Assembly (NCBI GenBank): GCA_965223545.1
Contig: OZ245006.1
Coordinates: 1,088,001 to 1,152,000 of the forward strand
DNA from: Planctomycetota bacterium
Lineage (GTDB): Bacteria; Planctomycetota; UBA1135; UBA2386
Direction of reading: 5' to 3'
Length of the DNA stretch: 64,000 nucleotides
The position numbers were made by a program, and so were the translations under genes. The notes under the pieces were generated by a model, which did no database searches, was not told the DNA's origin, and worked only from the letters and a program-made list of their open reading frames with translations. Every line of letters starts with the position of its first letter. The first letter of the stretch is position 1. Of this stretch, positions 8,168 through 18,295 are shown in pieces.

Positions 8168-11100
8168 ATGACCTCCACCCTCCCCGAGTCCGAGCGACCA
8201 CCGGCCTCCGGCGACGAGGCGGCACCGCTGACCTTCGGCCAGCAACGGCTGTGGTTGCTCTGGCAGATGGGGCGGCAGCTGACCGAGTACAACGTTCCGC
8301 AGGCGCTGCTGCTCGAGGGGGCGCTCGATCGGCGCGCGCTGGCCAGCGCGATCGATGCCGTCGTGCGCCGGCAAGCTGCCCTGCGCACGGCCCTCACCGA
8401 GGTGGACGGCGAGCCCGCGCAGCGAGTCGTGCCCGCCCGCGCCACCGAGTTCGCCGAGCTCGACTGCAGCGGGACGCCGGACCCGCTGCGGGCCGCGCTC
8501 GACTGGGCCGCCGGTCTCGGCGAGCAGCCGTTCGACTTCGGCGAAGGCCACCTGCTGCGCTGCGGCCTCGCCACGCTCGGCCCGCAGCGGTCCTTGCTGT
8601 CCGTGACCCTGTCGCACTTCGTCTGCGACGGCTGGTCGCTGGGCGTGCTCTGGCGCGAGATCGACCACTACTACGGCGGCGGCGACGGGCCCGCTCCGCT
8701 GCCCCGATCCCTGGTCGAGCACGCGCGGTGGCAACGCCAGCGCTTTCGCGAGCGGCGGCCAGCGCTGGTGCGCTACTGGCGCGAGGCGCTCAGCGGCGCC
8801 CCGACTCTGGTCCTGCCGACCGACGGCGAACGCACCTTCCGCAGCCCGCGGCGCGGCGCCCTGCTGCGCTTCGAGGTCGGAGCGGACACGCTGTGCGCGG
8901 CGCGCGCGCTCGGCGCGGAGTGCGGGGCGACGCTCTACATGGTGCTGCTGGCGGCGGTCAAGACCGTGCTCGCGCGCCACTCCGGTCAGAGCGACGTGGT
9001 GATCGGCTCGCCGATCGCGCACCGCGCCGAGCCGGCGGTCAAGCCACTGATCGGCATGGTCGCCAACATGATGGTGCTGCGCACCGACCTCGGCGGCGAG
9101 CCCTCGTTCCGCGACGTCGTGCAGCGCGTGCGCGAAGTGGTGATCGGCGCGGTGCAGCACTCGGAGATGCCGTTCGAGCAGCTGGTCGCCGAGCTGCGGC
9201 CGCCGCGCGACCGCACCCGCAACCCGCTGTTCGACGTCGTCATGGTGCTCGATGACGAGGCCGCTCCACCGCGCCTCGGCGATCTGTGCGCGCGCGAGCT
9301 GCAGCCGCCGCACACCACCGCAAAGTTCGACCTCACCTTGGCGATGGTGCCTGCGGGCGACGGCCTGCGCGCCGTGCTCGAGTACGACACCGACCTGTTC
9401 GCGCCTGCGCGCATCGAGCGCCTGGTCGGCCACCTGCAGCTGCTGCTGCGCGCCGGCGTCGACAACCCGCAGCAGTGCGTTTGGCGGCTGCCCATGCTCA
9501 CCGAGCGCGAGCTCGGCCGCGTGCTGCCAGGAGCCGCCCGGCTGGCGCGCGGCGCCGCGCCCACGCCGGTGCTGGAACGTATCGCCGCGCAAGTCGCCGC
9601 GCGACCCGACGCCACCGCGATCGTCGATCCCGACGGCACGCACCTCGCGTTCGGCGCGCTGTGGCAGCGCGCGGGCGCACTGGCGGCGCAGCTGCGCGCG
9701 CTCGACGGCGACGGGGACGCGATCGGAGTGCTGCTGCCGCGGGGCATCGACCTGGTCGTGTCCCTGCTGGCGGCGTGGCGCGCCGGCCGCGCCTACGTGC
9801 CGCTGGACCCGTTGCACCCGGCGCCCCGGCTGGCGGCGATGATCGACGATGCCCGCATCGGGTGTGTGGTCGCCGATGCCGTCGATCCCGCGCTCGAACC
9901 TCACCTGCGGGAGCGGGGTGTCGTCCACGTCGCGCCGCGCGCTCCGTCGCCGGCGGACGCGCCGCGGCCGAACGGCGCCGCCGAGACAGCGGGCGCGCTC
10001 GCCTACGTGCTGTTCACATCGGGCTCCACGGGTCGTCCCAAAGGCGTCGAGGTCACGCACTCGGGCCTGGCACACCTGGTCGACTGGCATCTGCGCCGCT
10101 ACCCGGTCGGCCCGGGCGAACGCGCCGTCTCGGTCGCCGGCGCTGGCTTCGACGCCTTTGGCTGGGAGCTCTGGCCCCCGCTCGCCGCCGGCGCCGCGGT
10201 CTGGCTCGCGGACGACGCCGTGCGCGCCGATCCGGCGCGGCTGTGGGCTTGGCTGCGGGACAACGCGGTGCATTGGGCCTTCGCGCCGACCGGCCTCGCC
10301 GAAGCGATGTTGCTGCAGTCCGGTCCCCCACCGCGACACCTCCGCGCATTGCTGACGGGCGGCGAACGCCTGACCCGCCGGCCGCCGCCGGCGCTCGGCT
10401 TCACCGTGCACAACCACTACGGACCGACCGAGGGCACGGTGGTCAGCACGGCGGCCCGCGTCGATCCGGGGCCGGCGGCCGCGGGATCGCCGCCGATCGG
10501 CACGCCGATCGACGGCACCCTCGCGCTGGTCGTCGATCGCTGGCAACAACCGGTTCCGGTCGGCGTCAGCGGCGAGCTGTGGATCGGCGGCGCCGGCGTC
10601 GCCCGCGGCTACCGCGGAGACCCCCAGCGCACGGCGGCCCACTTCGTCGAGCACCCGCTGCTGCCCGGCGTCCCGATGTACCGCACCGGCGACCAGGTGC
10701 GCTGGCGCGAGGACGGCCAGCTCGACTTCGTCGGCCGCCTCGATCACCAGATCAAGATCCGCGGGCTGCGGGTCGAGCTCGGCGAGATCGAGCACGCGCT
10801 GCGACGCCAGCCGGCGGTCGGCGAGGCCGTCTGCGTGGTGCAGGGCGGGGAGCAGGCGCCGCGCCTCGTCGCCTACGTCTGCGCCCGACCCGGGCACCCG
10901 CTCGACGTCGAGCAGCTGCGGGCCGCGCTGCTCGACGCACTCCCGATCGCCATGGTGCCCGCCGCGATCGTGCTGCGCACCGGGTTGCCGCGCACGGCGA
11001 CCGGCAAGGTCGACCGCACCGCTCTGGCCAGCGACGACGCGCGCCTCGAGCGCGGCGCCGCCGACCGCGAGCCACCGCGCGCCGGAGTCGAGCAGCGGCT

Positions 11101-14100
11101 GGCGGCGTTGTGGTGCGATGAGCTCGACCTTTCGCGCGTCGCCCGCGACGACAACCTGTTCGAGATCGGCGGCCACTCGCTGCACGCCATCCGCCTCCGG
11201 CGGCGCATCGAGCGCGAGTTCGGCGTCGCCGTGCCCGTCGCGCTGCTGTTCGAGCACAGCAGCATTGCCACCATGGCGGCCCACCTCGCCGGGCAGGATC
11301 CGGCGGCGCCGCCGGCGCCCACCGCTGCTGCGGACCGCAGCGCCGCGCCCGCCTCCGACAGCGATGGCGAGGCCGATGCGGCGATCGCGATCATCGGCAT
11401 CGGCGGACGGTTTCCGCAGGCAAAGACGCTGGACGAGTTCTGGGACAACTTGTGCGCCGGCCGCGAGGCGGTGCGCTGGTTCGACGACGCCGAGCTGCGC
11501 GCCGCCGGTGGGGTGCCGGACGCGCTCCTGTCGGACCCGCAGTACGTGCCGGCGCGCGCCATCCTCGAGGACATCGATCAGTTCGACGCCGGCTTGTTCC
11601 GCACCAGACCGCGCGAAGCCGAGCAGCTCGATCCCCAGGTCCGCCTGTTCTTGGAAATCGCCTGGCAAACCACCGAGGACGCCGGCTACGACCCCCGGCG
11701 CGTTCCCGGCGAGTGCGGCGTGTACGCCGGCTGCGGCATCAACAGCTACGAGCGCCACTGCCTGGCGCACAACCCCGACTATCGCGCGCGCACGCGCGGG
11801 TTCGAGCAATCGCTGGCCGACCAGCAGTTCTTGACGCTGCACGTCTCGCACAAGCTGGGCTTGCGCGGGCCGAGCCTGCAGATCGACACGGCGTCGTCGA
11901 CCTCGCTGGTCGCCGTCGTGCAGGCCTGCCAGGCGCTGCTCGCCGGCCACTGCGATCTCGCGCTGGCGGGCGGCGTCAACCTGTCGGTCCCCCAGCAGGT
12001 CGGCCACCTGTTCCGCGAGGGCGACATCAACTCGCCCGATGGCCACTGCCGGCCGTTCGACGCGGCGGCCGCCGGCACGGTCGGCGGCGAGGGCGCCGGT
12101 GCGGTGCTGCTCAAGCCGCTGCGCGCAGCGCTGCGCGACGGCGACCCGGTCCGCGCGGTGATCCGCGGCGCGGCGATCAACAACGACGGCAGTGCGAAGG
12201 TCAGCTTCACCGCGCCGAGCGTGCAGGGCCAGGTCGACGTCATCCGCAAGGCGCAGCGCAAAGCGGGCATCGACCCGGCGACGATCGACTACGTCGAGTG
12301 CCACGGCACGGCCACGGCCTTGGGCGACTCGGTGGAGATCGCCGCCCTGCGCCAGGCGTTCGCCGCCGGCGGAGAGCGCGCGGCGCGGTGCACGATCGGC
12401 TCGCTGAAGTCCAACCTGGGTCACCTCGACGCCGCGGCGGGCATCGCCGGCCTGCTCAAGACCGTGCTGAGCCTCGAGCGCGGCGCGCTGCCGCCGACGC
12501 TGCACTTCGAGACCGCCAACCCCGAGCTGCACCTCGACGAGTCGCCCTTCGAGGTCAACACGAGCTTGCGCGCGTGGCCGCGCCACCCGCATCCGCGCCG
12601 CGCCGCGGTCAGCTCGTTCGGCGTCGGCGGCACCAACGCGCACGTCGTGCTGGAGCAGGCGGCGCCGCCGCCGGCGGTGGAGAGCGCGGCGCCGGACGCG
12701 GCCGACGCGGCCTCCCTCCTGGTGCTGTCGGCGCGGAGCGAGGCGGCGTTGGCGCGCATGCGCACAGCGTTGGCCACCCATCTCGAAGCCGGCGGCGGCG
12801 GTCCGCTGCGCGATGTCGCCTGGACCCTGCAAACCGGCCGCCCCGCCTTTCGCCACCGCCACGCAGTGCTCGCCGACGACCGCGCCGGCGCCGTGGCCGC
12901 GCTGCGCGGGGAGCGCGGCTTCAGCGGCACGCGCAGCGACGCGAGTCCGCCGGTCGCCTTCTTGTTGCCCGGTCAGGGCAGCCAGCACGCCGGCATGGGC
13001 GCGGCGCTGTACCGGCACTGCGCCGCCTTTCGCCGCGCGTTCGACGAGTGCGCCGACGGCTTCGCGCCGCTGCTCGAGCTCGACTTGCGCAGCCTGTTGT
13101 GGGGAGACGAGCACGCCGCGCAGCGGGCGCGCCTCGACGAGACGCGGTTCGCGCAGCCGGCCGTGTTCGCCGTCGACTACGCCCTCGCCCGGACCTGGCT
13201 CGAGCTCGGCGTACGGCCCGCGGCGCTGCTCGGCCACAGCCTCGGCGACTGGGTCGCCGCGACCCTGCTGTCGGTGTTTCGGCTCGAGGACGCTCTCCGC
13301 TTGGTCGCGCTGCGCGGCGCGCTCGTGCAGCGGCTGCCGGCCGGCGCCATGCTGCACGTCGAGCACGCCGACGATCCCGTAGCGCTGCGTGGGCTCGGCG
13401 TGCCCGTCGGGGACGGACCGGCCGAGCTCGCGGTCGCCGCCGTCAACACCGAGGACAGCTGCGTGCTCGCCGGCACGGTCGCGGCGGTGGCGGGCGCCGA
13501 GGCCGCGCTGGCAGCCCGCCGGATCGGCTGCCGCCGGCTGGCGACGAGCCACGCGTTCCACTCTGCCATGATGGAGCCCGCCCTCGACGAGCTGGCGGCG
13601 GCGGTCGCCGCCACCGAGCGGCAGCCGCCCGACAGCGAGTGCGCGGTGTACTCGGCGGTGCGCGGGGGACGCATCGCCGCCGAAGCTCTCGCCGACGTCG
13701 ACTACTGGGTCGACAACCTGCGCCAACCGGTGCGGTTCGCCGCCGCGCTCGCCGCGTTGCGACGCGAAACCGCGGCCGTGCTGCTCGAGGTCGGCCCGGG
13801 ACAGGCGCTCACCGCCGCGGGCCGCGCCGGTGGCGACGGCGCGATCGCGATCCCCACCGCCCCGCACCCGGCGCGCGCCGCGCACGAGCTGCGCGCTTGG
13901 CGCGGCGCCGCCGGCCAGCTGTTCATCCGCGGCGTCGACCTGCGTTGGGAGGCGCTGCACGACGGTGAGCGGCGGCGGTGCTCGCTGCCCGGCACGGTCT
14001 TCGCGCGCGAGCGCTACTGGATCGAGCCGCACGCGCCGCACGCGCCCGCGCCGCGGCAAGCCGCGACGGCCAGCGAGGACCGCCTGCCGCGGGAGCAGTG

Positions 14101-17100
14101 GCTGTCGGCGGCGACTTGGCAGCGCGCCGGGCGCGTTCCAACCGCGACGGACACCGGCGGCAAGTTTGCCGTGCTGACCGGCACGCCCGCGTCGCGGGCG
14201 TTGGCCGACCGGCTGGCGGCCGGCGGCGCCGCGGTGCGACGCCACGACGCCGGCTCGCTCGACGACGCCACGCTGCGGGCCTTGCTCGCGGACTCGGGCA
14301 TCGACGCAGTGCTGGTGGCGCACGAGCTGGCGGCGGACGCGCCGGCGACGCCACCGCTCTGGCAGCTGCTCGAGCGGTGCCACCAGCTGCGCACCGCGGG
14401 CGACCGCGACTTCCCGGCGGTGGTCGCGGTCACCGACGGCCTGCTGCCGGTCGCCGGCGAGGCCATCCGACAACGCCACCGGGCGGCCGCCCTCGCCGCG
14501 TGCCAAACGCGACGGCAGTCAGGCTGGATCGACCTGCCCGCGCGCTTCGCAGCCGAAGACTGTGACGCAGTCGCTGCGCTGGTCCGGCGCGCGCGCGGCG
14601 GAACGGTCACGGCGATCCGCGACGGCCTGCTTTGGCAACCGACACATCGAGGCCTGCGGCCCGGCAGCGCGCGCCCGCTGCGCTGCGACGGCACGCATTG
14701 GATCACCGGCGGCACCGGCGGCGTCGGCACCGCCCTCGCGACCGCGCTCGCCGACGCCGGCGCCGAGCGGCTGGTGCTGATCGCGCGGCAGCCGGCCAGT
14801 GCGGCCGCGCTCGCCCGGCTGGCACCGCTGCGCGCGCGGGTCGACGTGCGGATCGTCCGCGCCGACGTCACCGACGCCGCTGCGCTGCGCGCGCTGCTCG
14901 CCGAAACCGGGCCAGTGCGCGGCGTGGTGCACGCCGCGTGCCCCCGCCCGGACAACGACAACGAGGCCACCATCGCGGCGGTGCTGGCCGCCAAGATCGA
15001 CGCCACCGAGCACCTCACCCGACTGCTGGTCGCGCAGCCGCTGCAGTACTTCTGTGTCTGCTCGTCGCTGGCAAGCGTTCTGCCCACGGCCAGTGAAAGC
15101 CGCGTGCGCGCGGCCTACGCCGCGGCCAACGCGTTCCTCGACGCCTGGGCTCAGGACCGCCACCCCTGGCCGACGGTGGCAATCGGCTGGGAGACCTGGC
15201 GCGAGGCAGGCATGGCGCGCGCGGCGCTCGGCGACGAGGCCGCCGACGCGCACCCCGAGCTCGCCCTCGGGCTGAGCGACGCCGACGGCCGTTGGGTGCT
15301 CGGTGCGGCCCTCGGCATGGACGAGCCGCTGGTGCGGGTGTCGACCACGGCGCTCGAGGATCGCTTGCGCGACGTTGCGCCAGCGCCGAACTCTCCCGCC
15401 CCGCGGCCAACCGCAGGGTCGCAGACCGCCGGGCCGGAGTCGATCGAGGCCGCGCTGCGCGCGGCGCTGCTGCCGCTGCTGGGCGTCGATCGGATCGAAG
15501 CCGAAGACGACTTGTTCGAGCTCGGCTTCGACTCCCTGGTCGGCCACCGCTGGATCGCCCGCCTGCGGCAAGCCGGCATCGAGCTGCCGCTGCGCGCGGC
15601 GTTGGAGACGCCGCGGCTGACCGCGCTGGCTGAGGTCGCGCGGCCGATCGAGGCGTCCACTGACGCGCGCGAGCACCCGCTACTCGGCGCGACGCTCGAG
15701 TGCGGTGCGTCGCGCGGCCGCTGGCAATCGACCCTGAGCCCGAGCCGCGACTGGGTTCTCGGCGAGCACCGCGTCGGCGGCCGCGCGGTGCTGGTGGGCA
15801 GCGCCTACCTGGAGCTGGCACGCGCCGCATTCGCCGCCTTCCGCGCCAGCGAACGCGACGCCGACGGACCGGTCGAGATCCGCGACCTCACCCTGCTGCG
15901 CCCGATCACGGCGGCGGACGGCGGCAGCGCGACGCTGCACACCAGCGTGCGGCGCGACGCCGAGAGCGCCGCGTTCGAGGTCTCGGCCGGTGAGCACGGC
16001 CCGCCCTTCGCCACCGCCCGCCTGCGACCCCACCGCGACGCTGACCCCGCCCCGTTGGACCTGGCCGGGTTGCGCCGGGACGGCCGCCGCCTCGAGCCCG
16101 CGGCCGCGCCGACTGCCAGTGGCGCCGCCTTCGGCCCGCGCTGGCGTTGTCTGCGCCAGATCTGGCACTGTGCGGAGGGAATGCTGGCCGAGCTGCAGCT
16201 GCCCGCCGCCCACGCCGAGGCCGACGCTGCCTTCGCGCTGCACCCAGCTGTGCTCGACGCGGGGGTCTGCATCGACGGCGCGCCAACGGCGCAGTTGGTG
16301 CCATTCGCCTACGAACGCGCCACCGTCTACGGCCCTGTGACTGCGCACTGCTTCGCCTGGACGCGAGTACGCGCGCGCGCCGAGCGACAGTGCGTGGTCG
16401 ACGCGGACTGGGTCACGCCGGCCGGTGAGACGTGCCTGTCCGTCCGCGGCCTCGTACTGCGCCGCGCGTCACCCCGCGACAACGCCCGCCTACACATCGC
16501 CACCCCCGGCCTGCTGGAGACCCTGACGCTGGTGCCGGCACCGCGCCGCCCGCCGGCCGCCGGTGAGATCGAGATCGCGGTCGCCTTCGCCGCGCTCAAC
16601 TTCAAAGACGTGCTGCTCGCCCTGGGCAAGATCAGCCACGACGGCAACGCCGAGCCCCCGCTCGGCTTCGAGTGCGCCGGCACCGTCGTGCGCGTCGGCA
16701 CGGGCGTCGACGGACCACACGTGGGCGACTCCGTCGTCGCCCTGGCCCCCGGCGCGGCGGCGCACTACGTCACGTGCGCCGCCAACGCGGTCGCCCGCTG
16801 CCCTGACGGACTCGACCTGGCAGCGGCCGCGACACTGCCCGGCGCCTACCTCACCGCGCACCACGCGTTGGTGACACTGGCAGAGCTCCGGGAAGGCCAG
16901 CGCGTGCTGATCCACGCCGCCACCGGCGGAGTCGGCAGCGCCGCTGTGCACGTCGCTCGCGTACGCGGCGCGGAGGTGCTGGCGACCGCCGGCTCCCCGG
17001 CCAAGCGCGCGCTGCTCCGCGATCGCGGCGTGCGCCACGTCGCCGACTCACGCAGCGACGCATTCGCAACGATGGTCGGCGCCGCGACCGACGGCCGCGG

Positions 17101-17434
17101 CGCGGACATCGTGCTCAACTCCACCACCGGAGCGTTAGCAGCGACCAGCGTAGGTGCGGTCGCCGCCAACGGCCACTTCGTCGAGCTCGGCGTCGCGCTG
17201 CCCGAAGCCGCCCACCGCCGCGGTGACATCCAAGTCCATCGCGTCGTGACCGGCCCCGGCACGCCGTCGTTCGACACCGACTGGCAGGCGGTGGGCGCCG
17301 GCCTGACCGGCGGGGTGTTGCCGCCACTACGCGCCACGGTGTTCGCCGCGGAGCGCGCGGCGCTGGCGTTCGAGCTCATGGCGCGGGGCGAGCATGTTGG
17401 CAAGGTGCTGCTCCACTTTCGCGGCGACGGGTGA
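8168..17434 (+). CDS. Hybrid NRPS-PKS: C-A-PCP-KS(C->S)-AT-KR-ACP-DH-ER
   Basis: C: SHFVCDG. A: FTSGSTGRPKG, YGPTE, YRTGD, GKVDR. PCP: GGHSL. KS: DTASSTS, HGTAT, GHLDAAAG. AT: GHSLG, HAFHS. KR: GGTGGVG, YAAAN. ACP: LGFDSL. DH: HPLLG, HRVGG, HPAVLD. ER: LNFKD, HAATGGVG, GKVLL. Confidence 0.95.
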   Translation: MTSTLPESERPPASGDEAAPLTFGQQRLWLLWQMGRQLTEYNVPQALLLEGALDRRALASAIDAVVRRQAALRTALTEVDGEPAQRVVPARATEFAELDCSGTPDPLRAALDWAAGLGEQPFDFGEGHLLRCGLATLGPQRSLLSVTLSHFVCDGWSLGVLWREIDHYYGGGDGPAPLPRSLVEHARWQRQRFRERRPALVRYWREALSGAPTLVLPTDGERTFRSPRRGALLRFEVGADTLCAARALGAECGATLYMVLLAAVKTVLARHSGQSDVVIGSPIAHRAEPAVKPLIGMVANMMVLRTDLGGEPSFRDVVQRVREVVIGAVQHSEMPFEQLVAELRPPRDRTRNPLFDVVMVLDDEAAPPRLGDLCARELQPPHTTAKFDLTLAMVPAGDGLRAVLEYDTDLFAPARIERLVGHLQLLLRAGVDNPQQCVWRLPMLTERELGRVLPGAARLARGAAPTPVLERIAAQVAARPDATAIVDPDGTHLAFGALWQRAGALAAQLRALDGDGDAIGVLLPRGIDLVVSLLAAWRAGRAYVPLDPLHPAPRLAAMIDDARIGCVVADAVDPALEPHLRERGVVHVAPRAPSPADAPRPNGAAETAGALAYVLFTSGSTGRPKGVEVTHSGLAHLVDWHLRRYPVGPGERAVSVAGAGFDAFGWELWPPLAAGAAVWLADDAVRADPARLWAWLRDNAVHWAFAPTGLAEAMLLQSGPPPRHLRALLTGGERLTRRPPPALGFTVHNHYGPTEGTVVSTAARVDPGPAAAGSPPIGTPIDGTLALVVDRWQQPVPVGVSGELWIGGAGVARGYRGDPQRTAAHFVEHPLLPGVPMYRTGDQVRWREDGQLDFVGRLDHQIKIRGLRVELGEIEHALRRQPAVGEAVCVVQGGEQAPRLVAYVCARPGHPLDVEQLRAALLDALPIAMVPAAIVLRTGLPRTATGKVDRTALASDDARLERGAADREPPRAGVEQRLAALWCDELDLSRVARDDNLFEIGGHSLHAIRLRRRIEREFGVAVPVALLFEHSSIATMAAHLAGQDPAAPPAPTAAADRSAAPASDSDGEADAAIAIIGIGGRFPQAKTLDEFWDNLCAGREAVRWFDDAELRAAGGVPDALLSDPQYVPARAILEDIDQFDAGLFRTRPREAEQLDPQVRLFLEIAWQTTEDAGYDPRRVPGECGVYAGCGINSYERHCLAHNPDYRARTRGFEQSLADQQFLTLHVSHKLGLRGPSLQIDTASSTSLVAVVQACQALLAGHCDLALAGGVNLSVPQQVGHLFREGDINSPDGHCRPFDAAAAGTVGGEGAGAVLLKPLRAALRDGDPVRAVIRGAAINNDGSAKVSFTAPSVQGQVDVIRKAQRKAGIDPATIDYVECHGTATALGDSVEIAALRQAFAAGGERAARCTIGSLKSNLGHLDAAAGIAGLLKTVLSLERGALPPTLHFETANPELHLDESPFEVNTSLRAWPRHPHPRRAAVSSFGVGGTNAHVVLEQAAPPPAVESAAPDAADAASLLVLSARSEAALARMRTALATHLEAGGGGPLRDVAWTLQTGRPAFRHRHAVLADDRAGAVAALRGERGFSGTRSDASPPVAFLLPGQGSQHAGMGAALYRHCAAFRRAFDECADGFAPLLELDLRSLLWGDEHAAQRARLDETRFAQPAVFAVDYALARTWLELGVRPAALLGHSLGDWVAATLLSVFRLEDALRLVALRGALVQRLPAGAMLHVEHADDPVALRGLGVPVGDGPAELAVAAVNTEDSCVLAGTVAAVAGAEAALAARRIGCRRLATSHAFHSAMMEPALDELAAAVAATERQPPDSECAVYSAVRGGRIAAEALADVDYWVDNLRQPVRFAAALAALRRETAAVLLEVGPGQALTAAGRAGGDGAIAIPTAPHPARAAHELRAWRGAAGQLFIRGVDLRWEALHDGERRRCSLPGTVFARERYWIEPHAPHAPAPRQAATASEDRLPREQWLSAATWQRAGRVPTATDTGGKFAVLTGTPASRALADRLAAGGAAVRRHDAGSLDDATLRALLADSGIDAVLVAHELAADAPATPPLWQLLERCHQLRTAGDRDFPAVVAVTDGLLPVAGEAIRQRHRAAALAACQTRRQSGWIDLPARFAAEDCDAVAALVRRARGGTVTAIRDGLLWQPTHRGLRPGSARPLRCDGTHWITGGTGGVGTALATALADAGAERLVLIARQPASAAALARLAPLRARVDVRIVRADVTDAAALRALLAETGPVRGVVHAACPRPDNDNEATIAAVLAAKIDATEHLTRLLVAQPLQYFCVCSSLASVLPTASESRVRAAYAAANAFLDAWAQDRHPWPTVAIGWETWREAGMARAALGDEAADAHPELALGLSDADGRWVLGAALGMDEPLVRVSTTALEDRLRDVAPAPNSPAPRPTAGSQTAGPESIEAALRAALLPLLGVDRIEAEDDLFELGFDSLVGHRWIARLRQAGIELPLRAALETPRLTALAEVARPIEASTDAREHPLLGATLECGASRGRWQSTLSPSRDWVLGEHRVGGRAVLVGSAYLELARAAFAAFRASERDADGPVEIRDLTLLRPITAADGGSATLHTSVRRDAESAAFEVSAGEHGPPFATARLRPHRDADPAPLDLAGLRRDGRRLEPAAAPTASGAAFGPRWRCLRQIWHCAEGMLAELQLPAAHAEADAAFALHPAVLDAGVCIDGAPTAQLVPFAYERATVYGPVTAHCFAWTRVRARAERQCVVDADWVTPAGETCLSVRGLVLRRASPRDNARLHIATPGLLETLTLVPAPRRPPAAGEIEIAVAFAALNFKDVLLALGKISHDGNAEPPLGFECAGTVVRVGTGVDGPHVGDSVVALAPGAAAHYVTCAANAVARCPDGLDLAAAATLPGAYLTAHHALVTLAELREGQRVLIHAATGGVGSAAVHVARVRGAEVLATAGSPAKRALLRDRGVRHVADSRSDAFATMVGAATDGRGADIVLNSTTGALAATSVGAVAANGHFVELGVALPEAAHRRGDIQVHRVVTGPGTPSFDTDWQAVGAGLTGGVLPPLRATVFAAERAALAFELMARGEHVGKVLLHFRGDG

Positions 17435-18030
17435 GCGTCTGGGGCCGAGAATCCTCGAGCGGCAACAACATTTCCGAAGGCCGGTTGTCGTCGGGACTTC
17501 GATACCGCAACTCCCGCACGCTCGAAAGCAACACTGGCGTCTGCGCTCAGCGCGGCCGCGGCGACCGCGGGACCCGCGACCGACGCTCGGGTCGCGGAAT
17601 GCTCCGTGTTTGGTTGCGGCCTCGGCCACGCTGAGCCTCAGGGTCCGCAAATCATCGCGCGGCGACAACCTTTCGGAAGGCTCGATGCCGCTGGACTTCG
17701 ACAACGCAGCTCCCGGAGGCTCGAAGACAACACTGGCCTCTGCGCTCAGCGCGGTCGCCGGCGACCGCGGGACCCGCGACCGACGCTCGGGTCGCGGAAT
17801 GCTCCGTGTTTGGTTGCGGCCTCGGCCGCGCTGAGCCTCCGGCGCCTCGAATCGTCGAGCGGCGACAACATTCTCGAGGCGACGTCGCCGCCTTGGCAGC
17901 GACGCTGCCGCGCCGGAGGCTCGGAGAGACAGTGCCTCCTGGCTCAGCGCGGCGGCGGATGGGTCGGGCCTTCCAAGCCGCTCCGGGAAAAGCGGCATCC
18001 GAGTTTGCGGCCTCGGCCGCGCTGAGAATC
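17431..18030. repeat. Tandem array of three ~200-bp units, each with an internal inverted repeat (REP/BIME-like)
   Basis: gcgaccgcgggacccgcgaccgacgctcgggtcgcggaatgctccgtgtttggttgcggcctcggcc occurs identically at 17561 and 17761. A third degenerate unit ends at about 18026. Each unit has gctcagcgcgg ... cc(a/g)cgctgag arms. Confidence 0.85.
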
Positions 18031-18295
18031 CGACCCGTCGGGTGACTTGGCTCGGCCGCTCGACCGAAGCCAGGGCTCCCTTCACCCCGTCACGAGCCGC
18101 AAGTAGGGGCAGGGGAACCGGGCGACTCCTTATATTTCGCCGGTTGGTCGCTTCCGCCGGCTGGATTCAGACCCATTCGCACCGCGGTCTACGGACACTA
18201 TGGCGACGTCGCTCTTTACGAAAGACCATTTGGAAATGTGCGGTGGCTCTCCAGACAAAATCTGAACCAAAGGTCGTCGCGCTGAACGCGCCCAA

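Noticed and set aside
8138..14506. 2122-aa minus-strand ORF and similar long antisense ORFs (20017-22986, 37434-40166, 52370-54736, 55672-57828)
   Set aside because: These are shadow frames opposite well-supported genes. Stop-poor antisense frames are expected at this GC content, and they show no motifs.
17327..18085. ORFs over the 200-bp repeat array, or a CRISPR interpretation of it
   Set aside because: The 200-bp period is not a multiple of 3, so repeated peptides switch frame. The spacers are mutually homologous and too long, and there are no cas genes.
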